Shown here in pieces: positions 41,721 through 52,118 of a DNA stretch of 64,000 bases. Source of the DNA: Ignavibacteriota bacterium. Its GTDB lineage: Bacteria > Bacteroidota > Ignavibacteria > Palsa-1295. Positions within the stretch are counted from its first letter, which is position 1; every line of letters starts with the position of its first letter. The notes beneath the pieces were generated by a model, which saw nothing but the letters and a program-made list of their open reading frames with translations, ran no database searches and was not told the origin of the DNA. The translations under genes and the position numbers were made by a program. The DNA lies in the NCBI GenBank assembly GCA_963787835.1, contig CAWBEI010000002.1:992001-1056000 (forward strand), written 5' to 3'.

Positions 41721-42519
41721 TATCTCGGATTCTCAAGTTAATACAAACTCCTTCAAAAGTCACTGTCTCCCCAAAAGGTGACTGAAAACATCCGAAAATA
41801 ATCACATAATATTGCTTTTCCCATGCCTCCAACAACTTACAAACAAGTTGATAAAATCGGTGGATAACTTGGTGGGGAATCTTGAAAGAATGTGGGGAAA
41901 TAATTGCCATATTGGAGAACAATTCTGACCGATTTTTAGTAGATTTGTAGCAAAGAAGAATGACGATCGGGATTCAGGTAGCGCCGATAGCTCGAAAGAG
42001 AGTAAGTACGATCGGAACAGCGGCTCAGGGCATTGAAATTTAGTATGTAGAAAAGTTTTGCGGGATGTTTTTCCTGCATGTCGCCCCGCCAGCCCCTCCG
42101 AACGAGCTATCACACGCTCCAAAGCGATCAATTACCGATAAACAGGTAATCGATACCATCCATCTGCGTCTTATGGCCCCATAAGTAGCGCAGCCTGAAT
42201 TGCCGAAACATGCCCGAGAGGGATTCTTTCTCCGGTGTAGCAGTCAGGTTTCCAGCCCCACGCATCTCAAGGAACCCTTGCCGCCCTACCTGAAAGATAG
42301 AGTTCCGTCTTGACAAAAGAATAATCCATTACGGAAAACCGCCAGCGGATGAGCGATCATCCGCGAACCCCTGAAAATGGGGGTAAGGGCGATTCTCCCT
42401 CAATTTCTGGGAAACCGGAGATTTAAACTGCTTCATTCCTCGGCTTTTATGAGCTGAGCGCACACGATTCCACACAAAAAAGCGTTATCAACTGGCCCCT
42501 TTTTCAGAGGCACATAGCT

Positions 42520-45500
42520 ATGCAAATTACACGCAGATTCACACAGCCAGGGACAACTCCCTACGATCAGTTTCAGTACACGTCGCGCGCGAGCGTGCTC
42601 CGTAATCCCGATGGCAAGCCCATTTTCAATATGGAGGACATCGAGGTGCCGAAGCACTGGTCGCAAGTCGCGACGGATATTCTCGCGCAGAAATATTTCC
42701 GCCGCGCAGGCGTGCCCCAGCACGATACGTTCGGCACGCTCCTTCGCGATAAGGATGGAAATGTTATCACAGGACCAGAGCGCTCGATCAAACAGGTCGC
42801 ACACCGTTTGGCGGGATGCTGGCGCGCTTGGGGCGAAGAGCATGGCTATTTCGATTCGAAAGAAGATGCACAGGCATTCTACGATGAGATCGCCTACATG
42901 ATCCTGCGCCAAATGGCCGCGCCGAACTCGCCTCAATGGTTCAACACCGGAATCGCGTGGGCGTATGGCATTACCGGCACACCGCAAGGCCACTGGTATG
43001 TCGATCCAAAGACGGGCGAGATGATGCGCTCAACTGATGCCTACACCCACCCCCAGCCGCACGCGTGTTTCATTCAGTCCATCAAGGACGATATGCTGAA
43101 CGAAGGCGGCATCTTCGATCTCGTTACGCGCGAAGCACGCATTTTCAAATATGGCTCGGGAACCGGAACGAACTTCAGCGCGCTTCGCGCCGAAGGCGAG
43201 AAAGTTTCGGGCGGCGGAGCGGCTTCAGGCGTGATGAGCTTCCTAAAAATTAACGACCGCGCTGCCGGCGCGGTGAAATCCGGCGGGACGACTCGCCGCG
43301 CCGCAAAGATGGTCATTCTGGATGTCGATCATCCGGATATCGAGACGTTCATCGAATGGAAAGCGCTCGAAGAGCAGAAAGTCGCCGCGCTTGTTGCGGG
43401 ATCGAAAGTGTGCGATCTCTTCCTCAACATGATCATGAAGATCGCCAACGATGGCGGCACCGATCGCAAGGATAATCACGATCTCGACATCGCGATCAAG
43501 AAGGCATTGGCGCGTGGAGTTCCCATGAATTACATCGTGCGCTGTTTGCGAATGGTCGAGATGGGATACGATAAGATCGACTTCAAAACCTTCGACACCC
43601 ATTACGAAGGCGAAGCATATCAGACCGTTTCGGGGCAGAACTCGAATAATTCCGTCCGCGTCACGAATGACTTTATGCACTCGGTTCTCACCGATGGCGA
43701 GTGGACGCTAAAGTTCCGCACCTCCGGCAAGGCAGCCCGGAAGGTGAAAGCGAAAGACCTGTGGGAGAAGATTACATTCTCTGCGTGGGCTTCTGCCGAT
43801 CCCGGTTTGCAATACGATACGACGATCAACGAGTGGCACACCTGCCCGAATGATGGCCGCATCAACGCGAGCAATCCGTGCTCGGAGTATATGTTTTTGG
43901 ATGACACCGCGTGCAATCTTGCATCGCTCAATCTCGCATATTTCTATGATGACGAGACCGGTGCATTCAAGCTCGAGGATTACAAACACGCTGTCCGCTT
44001 ATGGACGATTGTGCTGGAGATTTCCGTGCTGATGGCGCAATTTCCTTCCCGAGCCATCGCGCAGGGTTCCTACGATTACCGCACGCTCGGCCTCGGCTAT
44101 GCAAATCTCGGTACGATCCTTATGACCGCCGGAATCGCGTACGATTCCCCGCGCGCATTAGCCATTGCCGGTGCGCTATCTGCTATTATGACAGGCGAAT
44201 CTTACGCCGCGTCCGCAGAAATGGCGAAAGACCTGGGAGCTTTCCCGCGCTACGAAGCGAACAAGGACGCGATGCTGCGCGTCATGCGGAACCATAAACT
44301 GGCGGCCTATAATGCTTCGCCGGAACGCTACGAACAGCTTACCATCAAGCCGATGGGCATTACGCCGGAGCATTGCCCGGAAGACTTGCTGCAAGCCGCG
44401 CGCGATGCATGGGATCGCGCATACAAGCTCGGCGAAAAACATGGTTACCGCAACGCGCAAACAACCGTCATTGCGCCGACGGGAACCATCGGGCTTGTCA
44501 TGGATTGCGACACCACCGGTATCGAGCCGGATTTTGCGATCGTGAAATTCAAGAAGCTCGCGGGCGGTGGATATTTCAAGATCGTTAATCAATCGGTGCA
44601 TAAGGCGCTGACGAAACTTGGATATTCTGAGAAGCAGATCGAGGAGATCGAAAAATATTCGAAGGGACACGGTACACTCGTCGGCTGCCCGGCGATCAAC
44701 CGCGCATCACTCAAGGCGAAAGGATTTACCGATGAGAAGATCGACGAAGTCGAGAAGCTCTGCGATAACGTGTTCGATCTTAAATTCGCGTTCAACAAAT
44801 GGACGCTTGGCGAGGAGTTCTGCGTGAAGCTCGGCTTTACGCCTTCGCAACTCACGGATGCGAATTTCAATATGCTGCACTCGCTCGGGTTCACGCGCGA
44901 GGAAGTTCAGACGGCGAACGATTACGTCTGCGGCACGATGACGCTCGAAGGCGCGCCGGAACTTAAGGATGAACATCTGCAAATTTTCGATTGCGCCAAC
45001 AAGTGCGGACGCTACGGAACCCGCTTCATTCCCTACGAAGCGCACATCCGCATGATGGCCGCGGCACAGCCATTCATTTCGGGAGCTATTTCAAAGACGA
45101 TCAACATGCCGAACGAGGCTTCGGTCTCGGACGTCTCGAAAGCGTATTTCGATTCCTGGAAATTATGCTTGAAAGCCAACGCGCTCTATCGCGATGGTTC
45201 CAAGCTTTCGCAGCCGCTGAATTCCTCGAACGAGGACGCCGACTTAGCGGAAGAAGTGCTCTTTAACGATGTGGAAGACCCCGCGAACGAGACGATCGAC
45301 GCTGCAAAGCTGCACACACTGCTCGAAGCACAGGCGGCCGTGATGCCGCCGGAACTTCGCCGTCACCGGCTGCCGACGAAGCGCCACGGATTCGTGCGCG
45401 AGGCCGTCGTAGGTGGGCACAAAGTGTATCTCCGCACCGGCGAATATGAAGATGGTTCCTTAGGCGAGATCTTCATTGACATGTACAAAGAAGGCGCGTC

Positions 45501-46068
45501 GTTCAAGGGGTTGGTGAACTGTTTTGCCGTGCTCACCTCGAAGGCACTGCAATACGGCGTGCCGCTCGAAGAGCTGGTAGATACCTTCACATTCACGCGT
45601 TTCGAACCCGCGGGCGCTGTGCAAGGCCACGAAGCGATCAAGAACGCGACGAGCATTCTGGATTACGTCTTCCGCGCCTTAGGCTACGAATATCTTGGCC
45701 GTCAGGATTTCGTGCATGTCAAAGCGGTGGATGAGCCGAAGTTCCCGGCAGTACCCTCTCCCTCTGGGAGAGGGCAGGGTGAGGGAACCCCGGTGGCGAC
45801 AGACGCCATTGCAACACAAACCGTGAGCGAGGACGACAATCTCCAAAAGCTCCGCAACAAGCGCATTGAGGAACCCGAAATGGCCCTCAGCCACTCGCCG
45901 CTCACCACGCTGCCGAAAGGAACCGCGACCCTGCAAAGCCTCCGCAGCGAAGCCCGCAGCAAAGGGTACACCGGCGAGCAATGCTCCGCCTGCGGCTCCA
46001 TGCGCGTAAAGCGGAACGGCGCCTGCACCGTCTGCGACGATTGCGGAACGACGAGCGGGTGTAGCTAA
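42520..46068 (+). CDS. nrdJ: class II (B12-dependent) ribonucleotide reductase
   Basis: [25 protein letters not shown]; C-terminal TSCPD-like region and Zn ribbon. Confidence 0.96.
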   Translation: MQITRRFTQPGTTPYDQFQYTSRASVLRNPDGKPIFNMEDIEVPKHWSQVATDILAQKYFRRAGVPQHDTFGTLLRDKDGNVITGPERSIKQVAHRLAGCWRAWGEEHGYFDSKEDAQAFYDEIAYMILRQMAAPNSPQWFNTGIAWAYGITGTPQGHWYVDPKTGEMMRSTDAYTHPQPHACFIQSIKDDMLNEGGIFDLVTREARIFKYGSGTGTNFSALRAEGEKVSGGGAASGVMSFLKINDRAAGAVKSGGTTRRAAKMVILDVDHPDIETFIEWKALEEQKVAALVAGSKVCDLFLNMIMKIANDGGTDRKDNHDLDIAIKKALARGVPMNYIVRCLRMVEMGYDKIDFKTFDTHYEGEAYQTVSGQNSNNSVRVTNDFMHSVLTDGEWTLKFRTSGKAARKVKAKDLWEKITFSAWASADPGLQYDTTINEWHTCPNDGRINASNPCSEYMFLDDTACNLASLNLAYFYDDETGAFKLEDYKHAVRLWTIVLEISVLMAQFPSRAIAQGSYDYRTLGLGYANLGTILMTAGIAYDSPRALAIAGALSAIMTGESYAASAEMAKDLGAFPRYEANKDAMLRVMRNHKLAAYNASPERYEQLTIKPMGITPEHCPEDLLQAARDAWDRAYKLGEKHGYRNAQTTVIAPTGTIGLVMDCDTTGIEPDFAIVKFKKLAGGGYFKIVNQSVHKALTKLGYSEKQIEEIEKYSKGHGTLVGCPAINRASLKAKGFTDEKIDEVEKLCDNVFDLKFAFNKWTLGEEFCVKLGFTPSQLTDANFNMLHSLGFTREEVQTANDYVCGTMTLEGAPELKDEHLQIFDCANKCGRYGTRFIPYEAHIRMMAAAQPFISGAISKTINMPNEASVSDVSKAYFDSWKLCLKANALYRDGSKLSQPLNSSNEDADLAEEVLFNDVEDPANETIDAAKLHTLLEAQAAVMPPELRRHRLPTKRHGFVREAVVGGHKVYLRTGEYEDGSLGEIFIDMYKEGASFKGLVNCFAVLTSKALQYGVPLEELVDTFTFTRFEPAGAVQGHEAIKNATSILDYVFRALGYEYLGRQDFVHVKAVDEPKFPAVPSPSGRGQGEGTPVATDAIATQTVSEDDNLQKLRNKRIEEPEMALSHSPLTTLPKGTATLQSLRSEARSKGYTGEQCSACGSMRVKRNGACTVCDDCGTTSGCS

Positions 46069-46074
46069 CATTAA

Positions 46075-46485
46075 ATGGCTATACCGCGGGTCGTTATCGA
46101 TACGAACGTACTCGTTTCGGCGTTACGCTCGAAACGAGGGGCTTCTTATCGATTAATCCAGCAATGCGGACGAGGACAATTCGAGCACGTTTTATCAATT
46201 CCATTATCATTTGAATATGAAGCAGCGTGCCGGTTTTGTATCCCTAATGCGTTCGAGGCAGAGGAGTTTCTCATCTATCTCATCGACACTGCAAATCTCG
46301 CTTTTAACGATTTCGGCGTGAGACCTTATTTACCGGATCCAAAGGACGAAATGGTCCTTGAAGCAGCGGTGAACGGGCATGCAAAGCGGATCGTTACCTT
46401 CAACAGAAGGCATTTCGTCGGCAGTGAGCAGTATGGAATTTCCGTGCTCAGCCCAGGCGAATTTTTGACATCAATTGGATTGTAA
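46075..46485 (+). CDS. PIN-domain toxin
   Basis: VVIDTNVLVSA...DPKDEMVLEAA...IVTFN. Confidence 0.9.
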   Translation: MAIPRVVIDTNVLVSALRSKRGASYRLIQQCGRGQFEHVLSIPLSFEYEAACRFCIPNAFEAEEFLIYLIDTANLAFNDFGVRPYLPDPKDEMVLEAAVNGHAKRIVTFNRRHFVGSEQYGISVLSPGEFLTSIGL

Positions 46486-46489
46486 GGAT

Positions 46490-46801
46490 ATGAACACGAT
46501 TCAGGTACGAACAGAAATTTATTCGAAGCTAAAAGAATACGCGGAACTACAAAAGATCCCCGTCGAATCGTTTGTGGAAGCGTCGCTGGCCGATCGAATC
46601 GCTCAGTTAGATGAATGGGAACGGTTGAAGAAGCGATTACCGAAACCCTCCCGCGAGGCATTCAACCGAATCCTTGCGAAAGTTCCAGACCGTCCGCCGT
46701 TTCCCGGTGATGAATGGCCGCCAAAGAAAACCGCAACCCGCCGCGCCGCGCCAAAAGCTCGCCGCGCTCCCGCGAAAAGAACGCGGAAGGTGGCGGCATG
46801 A
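46490..46801 (+). CDS. putative RHH-like antitoxin
   Basis: Directly after the toxin; ILAKVPDRPPFPGDE motif and basic tail. Confidence 0.7.
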   Translation: MNTIQVRTEIYSKLKEYAELQKIPVESFVEASLADRIAQLDEWERLKKRLPKPSREAFNRILAKVPDRPPFPGDEWPPKKTATRRAAPKARRAPAKRTRKVAA

Positions 46802-46815
46802 AGATGAACCGCTCC

Positions 46816-46851
46816 TGCGACGATTGCGGCACGACGAGCGGGTGCTCGTAA
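46816..46851 (+). repeat. direct repeat of the last 12 codons of nrdJ
   Basis: 31/36 identical to 46033-46068; still encodes [11 protein letters not shown]-stop. Confidence 0.9.
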
Positions 46852-46877
46852 GCAGGCGACCTTTTAGGATTATACCG

Positions 46878-46908
46878 AAGAGGCCGCCGAAAGGTGGCCT
46901 CTTTATTT
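46878..46908 (+). terminator. intrinsic terminator
   Basis: AAGAGGCCGCC-GAAA-GGTGGCCTCTT followed by TATTT. Confidence 0.8.
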
Positions 46909-46929
46909 AATAGCGATTAAACATGAAAA

Positions 46930-49659
46930 ATGGTCGAAGTTTCTGAACATATAAGCAGTCGCCAAAGGCAAGACGAGTTTCCTAAGCCCGTTCGAGACAT
47001 GGTAGCTCGGAGAGCTGCTTACCTATGTTCAAATCCACAATGCCCCTCACCAAGAACGATCGGCCCTACCGAAGAGCCCACGGGAAGTATCACACTTGGT
47101 GACGCATGTCATATTAAAGCAAAAGCATCAGGAGGCCCTAGATACGACCCAAGCCAGAGCAGCGAAGAACGCAAGTCTCTATCAAATGCTATTTGGCTGT
47201 GCAAGAAATGCGCTACTCTAATTGATCGAGACGTCACAGCTTATCCCGTAGAGTTATTATATGAATGGAGGCGCGCGCACGAACAAAAGTGTAAAGAAGC
47301 ACTTACGTCCGCGGATGCAGGGCTTCAAAAACTACAGGCCGCTGCCCTGCCCGAGTACCTCGAGGAGGTTAGGAAAGTCGTCAGAGAAGAACTACAGACC
47401 TACAATATCCAAGTTGTCAGCGATCACGAGAAACGCTCAACCCGCAGGCCAATTTCTGTAAGCGAAGCCTTCCGGCTTTACACTGACGATGTGCGAGGCG
47501 GAGCTTGGATTAAAGCAGGAAGATTCCTACTTTCAGTCTTAATCCAGATGTACGACTCAGATGAAAACTTCGGCGATGCAAACGTTCTGTGGTTCTTCGC
47601 CATAGACGCGGCCATGCCACTATCACTCCGACTTGTAATTAGATCTTACCAAATAGGGCTCAGACATCGATACAACCTAGATTATTCCTCTCATATTCAG
47701 GACCTCAACGTTCAGCTCGAATCGATGGATGAGAGCCATGCGTGGGCCATACCTGCATGTTTATTGATTGGATCACCATCGGCTGTGCAGTCTCTCGCTG
47801 TATTACATAACGTGCTCCCGTTTTTAGATGACAGGTCTATCTGGAGACCTGTATCGGAAACGAGCGATAGTTTTTTGCCGGAAGTTCTTACATTGCTACA
47901 CGCCGATCGCATATCAAGTTTTCATGAGTTCGAGGAATGGCTCAATGCATTCGCAAAACTCCCTGAAGACCTGATTGACAAAACCAACGCATCTGCGATC
48001 TTTCGTATTACTATGTTGTGGCTTATCGATCGGCTTTGGTTGCGCGAATATGATAAATCTAATTCGAAAGATGCATGGGAACACATTTGTGATTTTCTCG
48101 ATGTGTCTGCAAAAATGATGAGTATACTAAATGCTCACGCAATTAGCGCGGCAATAGCACACGCTTTAATTATAATCCAGGCCGATTTTCTTGAAAATCT
48201 TTCAGCCGCCGAAGACTCAGCCGAACGATTCTTATCCGTCCTAGAGGTTGACAGCGAAGGTTCCTTCCTCGTCGCTGAGTCGATATGTCGGCAATACTTG
48301 TATGCGAATGACGATCAGAATGTTGCGCGATGGTATTCAATTGCTCGTTCGCACCCAACTTCTGTTTATGAAGAACAATTTGTAAAACTCTTGGTCAGTA
48401 TAGCTGGCAGAACCGAAGTAACGCGCCAAGAAGCACTCGGCTTAATCAGTGAAGCGGAGGCTGTTTCATCAATTTCTATTTATCTCAAAGAATCAGCTAA
48501 GATAAAAATCACCGGCGAGTTAAGCTCGGCTTTATGGCTCACCGGACAAAAGACTGACGCGCTTCATGTTCTTTATCTTGGTTTTCAGCGAGCATTGCAA
48601 CTCGAAGATCGCGGCGATGAAGAAAAAGACTGCATCGTCGCATTTCTGCAAGTCATAAATGCGTTTACCGCACAGGAGCTTACAAAAGATATTATTCCTT
48701 CTGGTAACCGGCTTATTGGGCACTTTGTCAAATATGACGGGAGCCGAATCGATCTCTATAACGAAGCTCTAATATTTTACACGAAGTGGCAGTTCGGGAC
48801 TATTTTAACTCTTCTTGGGAACGAAAACGATGGCATTGCGCTTTTGAAAGATGCGAGTGATTCCGTTACTCCAATAGGAAATGTGGCCGCATATTTGCTT
48901 GCAATGTCCGTCGCTGCTATTTCAATGGCTGACGGTGACGTTGTTCGTGCAATTTTGTATTCTGAGAAAATGAAGGAGGCGTCAAGGGTTCTCGATCCCA
49001 ATGTCCTTCCGGGTGCGGTACCAGAGAACCTCGACGAAATGAGAAAAGCATGCGAGGACGGCGCACGGGGCATATTATTCATTTTTTGGATTTTAAGTTT
49101 ATTTCGCATTTCGGTAAAAAATCCGTCTGCTATTCCAGTTTTTTTTGAGAGCACCATACACAAACTCTACTCTAGCCTTGATAGAGATGAGATCCAATGC
49201 GCAAATTATGCGGCACTGAAGTTATTAGGTAAAGAAATGTTTCCGTCGTCTGTCTCCGAACAACCGTCCCGTAAATGCGCGGAGATTTTCATGGCAATAG
49301 ACTTCTTTACCAGCATCCTTGACCCTGCAAAATCCCTTTTGCATCGATATAATGCTCTCATTTGGTTTGCGCAGTGGACGGAATTTAATCTCGGGGGGCA
49401 GGCGCTTCCGGCAGGCTATCTAATGGAACTGCCAGTGCTAGAATACTGGAGACGTGAAGTCCTGGAGCGGGGTTTCTCATTTCCGAGCGTGCGATTGCTA
49501 CGAGAAGAATTTGGGAAAATCGATGAATTGCCTCATCATCTTAAGATAAAGTTTTTACTTCGTGCGCTGGCGCTTTCGTTTGGTAATCCGATAGCCGATC
49601 ACTTAGTGAAGTGGCTTTGGGAGGATACTAATCCTCATCATACTACAGAATCTAACTAG
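46930..49659 (+). CDS. HNH endonuclease fused to a long alpha-helical region, candidate defence protein
   Basis: CSNPQC...ACHI...GGPRYD...NAIWLCKKC..LID zinc-binding HNH; remainder helical/TPR-like. Confidence 0.75.
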   Translation: MVEVSEHISSRQRQDEFPKPVRDMVARRAAYLCSNPQCPSPRTIGPTEEPTGSITLGDACHIKAKASGGPRYDPSQSSEERKSLSNAIWLCKKCATLIDRDVTAYPVELLYEWRRAHEQKCKEALTSADAGLQKLQAAALPEYLEEVRKVVREELQTYNIQVVSDHEKRSTRRPISVSEAFRLYTDDVRGGAWIKAGRFLLSVLIQMYDSDENFGDANVLWFFAIDAAMPLSLRLVIRSYQIGLRHRYNLDYSSHIQDLNVQLESMDESHAWAIPACLLIGSPSAVQSLAVLHNVLPFLDDRSIWRPVSETSDSFLPEVLTLLHADRISSFHEFEEWLNAFAKLPEDLIDKTNASAIFRITMLWLIDRLWLREYDKSNSKDAWEHICDFLDVSAKMMSILNAHAISAAIAHALIIIQADFLENLSAAEDSAERFLSVLEVDSEGSFLVAESICRQYLYANDDQNVARWYSIARSHPTSVYEEQFVKLLVSIAGRTEVTRQEALGLISEAEAVSSISIYLKESAKIKITGELSSALWLTGQKTDALHVLYLGFQRALQLEDRGDEEKDCIVAFLQVINAFTAQELTKDIIPSGNRLIGHFVKYDGSRIDLYNEALIFYTKWQFGTILTLLGNENDGIALLKDASDSVTPIGNVAAYLLAMSVAAISMADGDVVRAILYSEKMKEASRVLDPNVLPGAVPENLDEMRKACEDGARGILFIFWILSLFRISVKNPSAIPVFFESTIHKLYSSLDRDEIQCANYAALKLLGKEMFPSSVSEQPSRKCAEIFMAIDFFTSILDPAKSLLHRYNALIWFAQWTEFNLGGQALPAGYLMELPVLEYWRREVLERGFSFPSVRLLREEFGKIDELPHHLKIKFLLRALALSFGNPIADHLVKWLWEDTNPHHTTESN

Positions 49660-49677
49660 AACTGGCAGGCTTACATA

Positions 49678-50253
49678 ATGCGACCTCTTCGGTATTCCAT
49701 CAACGTCACCCTGGATGGGTGCTGCGATCATCGTGAAGTGATCGCGGATGAAGAGCTGCACCGGCACGCAGCGGAAACGCTCGCGCAGGCCGATACGCTG
49801 CTCTTTGGCCGTGTGACGTACGAAATGATGGAAGCCGCGTGGCGTCTCCCCCCTCTGTCCCCCCGCAAGCGGGGGGATGAAGAGGAAGCGTGGAGGCAAC
49901 CCTGGATGGAACCGTTCGCACGCCAGATCGACGCGGCAAAGAAGTATGTGGTGTCGAGCACGCTCACGCACGTCGATTGGAACGCGGAGCTGGTGCGCGG
50001 GGATCTGGGGAATTTTGTTCGGGAACTGAAGCAGCAGCCGGGTAAGGGATTGCTGACGGGAGGCGTGAAGCTCCCGCTCAAGCTCGCGGAACTTGGACTC
50101 ATCGATGAGTATGAGTTCGTGGTGCATCCCCGAATCGCGGGCCACGGCCCGACGCTCTTCGCAGGGCTGACGAAACGTATCGACTTGCGGCTCGTGAGCC
50201 GGCTGGAGTATGCCTCCGGAGCAGTGGCGCTGTGGTATGTGCCGAGGAGGTAG
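49678..50253 (+). CDS. dihydrofolate reductase family (RibD C-terminal) protein
   Basis: NVTLDG, LLFGRVTYEMM, GLIDEY, GHGPTLF. Confidence 0.9.
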   Translation: MRPLRYSINVTLDGCCDHREVIADEELHRHAAETLAQADTLLFGRVTYEMMEAAWRLPPLSPRKRGDEEEAWRQPWMEPFARQIDAAKKYVVSSTLTHVDWNAELVRGDLGNFVRELKQQPGKGLLTGGVKLPLKLAELGLIDEYEFVVHPRIAGHGPTLFAGLTKRIDLRLVSRLEYASGAVALWYVPRR

Positions 50254-50294
50254 GCGCCCGTGCAGTCAGCGCGACTAAATCTTAATGCGAGCGC

Positions 50295-51017
50295 TTAGGG
50301 AATGACGATCGGATACGCGTTGGAACTCGGACCAACGTTTGCGAGCACTTCGTGATTATTAGAGTCTAAATATCGTATTGTATTAGAGGCTGCGCAGGCC
50401 GTAATATATATGGTTTGGCCATGGTGGAGATTCAAATTGCCAATATACGTCGGATCATTCGCAACCCAATCGTTACCAAGGCTCCCATAAATCTCACTCG
50501 GATCCGAGAGATGAACCCCGGTTGAAGGGATATTCGGTAGCGTATCGATAAAAATGAACACCCGCGAGGAACTCGCCGTCACAGCCGGGAGAACCTCTGT
50601 GGAATCCGAACAGAACACTTTCTCGACATGAACGATACTATCTGGGGCCGTTGTCAATACAACGAATCCAGTCGGGAACCATGAGTAGGAATAGGTGGAA
50701 TCTAAATCACCCTCGTCCTCTGGGAAGGAGATGGTTCCAAATCCTGGTTTCGACACAACGACATGGTAATTATATGGATATGGAGGCGCATTCGGAATAG
50801 TCCAGTGGCCGAGTGCATCGGCATTGACTGAGATGTTCGCCTCTGGAATGGTCACCGTGATCCCGGAATAAGGTGGCGGAATGGGATTCCCTGTCGAATC
50901 TTCGAGCTGTACTCGGCCATACCGCGTAAGAGAAGTACTGGCAGGATTTCCCGGGTTCGTGCAAGAGCCGAGAATAACAGAAATTGACAAGACCAGGAAT
51001 GCAATGATGTGTTTCAT
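50295..51017 (-). CDS. hypothetical lipoprotein
   Basis: LGSC lipobox; architecture resembles the 4107-4898 lipoprotein. Confidence 0.65.
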   Translation of the reverse strand: MKHIIAFLVLSISVILGSCTNPGNPASTSLTRYGRVQLEDSTGNPIPPPYSGITVTIPEANISVNADALGHWTIPNAPPYPYNYHVVVSKPGFGTISFPEDEGDLDSTYSYSWFPTGFVVLTTAPDSIVHVEKVFCSDSTEVLPAVTASSSRVFIFIDTLPNIPSTGVHLSDPSEIYGSLGNDWVANDPTYIGNLNLHHGQTIYITACAASNTIRYLDSNNHEVLANVGPSSNAYPIVIP

Positions 51018-51117
51018 AGCTTGGAAATGAACAAGATTCGTTATCTCGAAAGTGCCGCACGATTGCAGCGGTGCGTTCGGTGCGGAATGATTCGCGTTTT
51101 CTTTGGCTTAGATAAGT

Positions 51118-51369
51118 ATGACTTACAGCGTACTCTATGAGAAGATCCTTGAGCCGGGATTTGAAGGCTATTATTACGCGCATATCCCGGCGTTCGACCT
51201 GACTACGCACGGCCTGGGCGTCGATGGTGCTCGCGCGGCAGCCGAGGATCTGGTGCGGGGATGGATCGCAGTAAAGCTCGAACATGGCGAGCATATCCCT
51301 CCGCCTGACGATGCTCTTCACGGGACCATAGATATTGAAGTCGCTTCCGATGCCCTACAAGCCGCGTGA
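51118..51369 (+). CDS. hicB: HicB-family antitoxin (short)
   Basis: YYAHIPAFDLTTHG...GEHIP. Confidence 0.8.
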   Translation: MTYSVLYEKILEPGFEGYYYAHIPAFDLTTHGLGVDGARAAAEDLVRGWIAVKLEHGEHIPPPDDALHGTIDIEVASDALQAA

Positions 51370-51559
51370 AGTCCTGGCGAGGCTCCAACGTGCCGGGTTC
51401 GAAGTAGAACGTCACAAAGGATCGTCCCACTGCTATTTACGTCATCCAGATGGCCGGCAAACGATGGTCGCCATGCACACGAAAGACGTTCCCGGTGGCA
51501 CTTTCCGCAGTATTCTAAAGCAATCAGGACTGACGCTTGAAGAATTCCGGAAGTTGTAA
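51350..51559 (+). CDS. hicA: HicA-family mRNA interferase
   Basis: GFEVERHKGSSH...MHTKDVPGGTFRSILKQSGL. Confidence 0.88.
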   Translation: MPYKPREVLARLQRAGFEVERHKGSSHCYLRHPDGRQTMVAMHTKDVPGGTFRSILKQSGLTLEEFRKL

Positions 51560-52110
51560 TGCCCTTCGATCTCCAACCTACGCTTACCGGTGAACTTGTA
51601 GAACTGCGCCCGCTGCGGGAAGAAGATTGGGTGGAGTTGTTCGCGGTTGCGTCCGATCCGTTGATATGGGAGCTGCATCCGGCGCGGGAGCGATACAAAG
51701 AGGAAAATTTTCGCGAATTTTTTCGTGGCGCGATGGAGAGCGGCGGAGCCTTCGTCGTCATTGACCGCAAAACCGGCCGCATTATTGGTTCCACCCGCTA
51801 TCACGATTATCGTCCGGAGGGTGATGATGAGCCAAATACCAGCGAGATCGAGATCGGCTGGACGTTCCTTGCGCGCGCCTATTGGGGCGGCATCTATAAC
51901 GGCGAAATGAAGCGGCTGATGCTGAAGCATGCCTTCCAATTTGCGGACCGGGTTTTGTTCTTCGTCGGAATACGCAACTGGCGTTCCCAGCAAGCAATGA
52001 AGAAGATCGGCGGTGTCCGTATCGATGAGCGAACCGACGAAACGGCCGGCAGAGCTTTGTGTATGAAATTCGCAAGGTCTAAGGCACTTTCGATATATCG
52101 AAATAGTTGA
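51559..52110 (+). CDS. GNAT (RimJ-like) acetyltransferase; C-terminus probably frameshifted
   Basis: LRPL, IIGSTRY, EIGWTFL, NWRSQQAMKKIGG; alternative frame ends NGRQSFVYEIRKV-stop at 52082. Confidence 0.85.
   Translation: MPFDLQPTLTGELVELRPLREEDWVELFAVASDPLIWELHPARERYKEENFREFFRGAMESGGAFVVIDRKTGRIIGSTRYHDYRPEGDDEPNTSEIEIGWTFLARAYWGGIYNGEMKRLMLKHAFQFADRVLFFVGIRNWRSQQAMKKIGGVRIDERTDETAGRALCMKFARSKALSIYRNS
52088..52103. promoter_or_regulatory. palindromic operator upstream of the ArsR gene
   Basis: Perfect palindrome TTTCGATATATCGAAA. Confidence 0.55.
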
Positions 52111-52118
52111 ATATATGA

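Noticed and set aside
42160-42500. Canonical cobalamin riboswitch
   Set aside because: No clear B12-box consensus visible; kept only as a generic structured-leader candidate.
42520-46068. Intein or intron in nrdJ
   Set aside because: ORF is continuous with no intein splice motifs or homing endonuclease domain.
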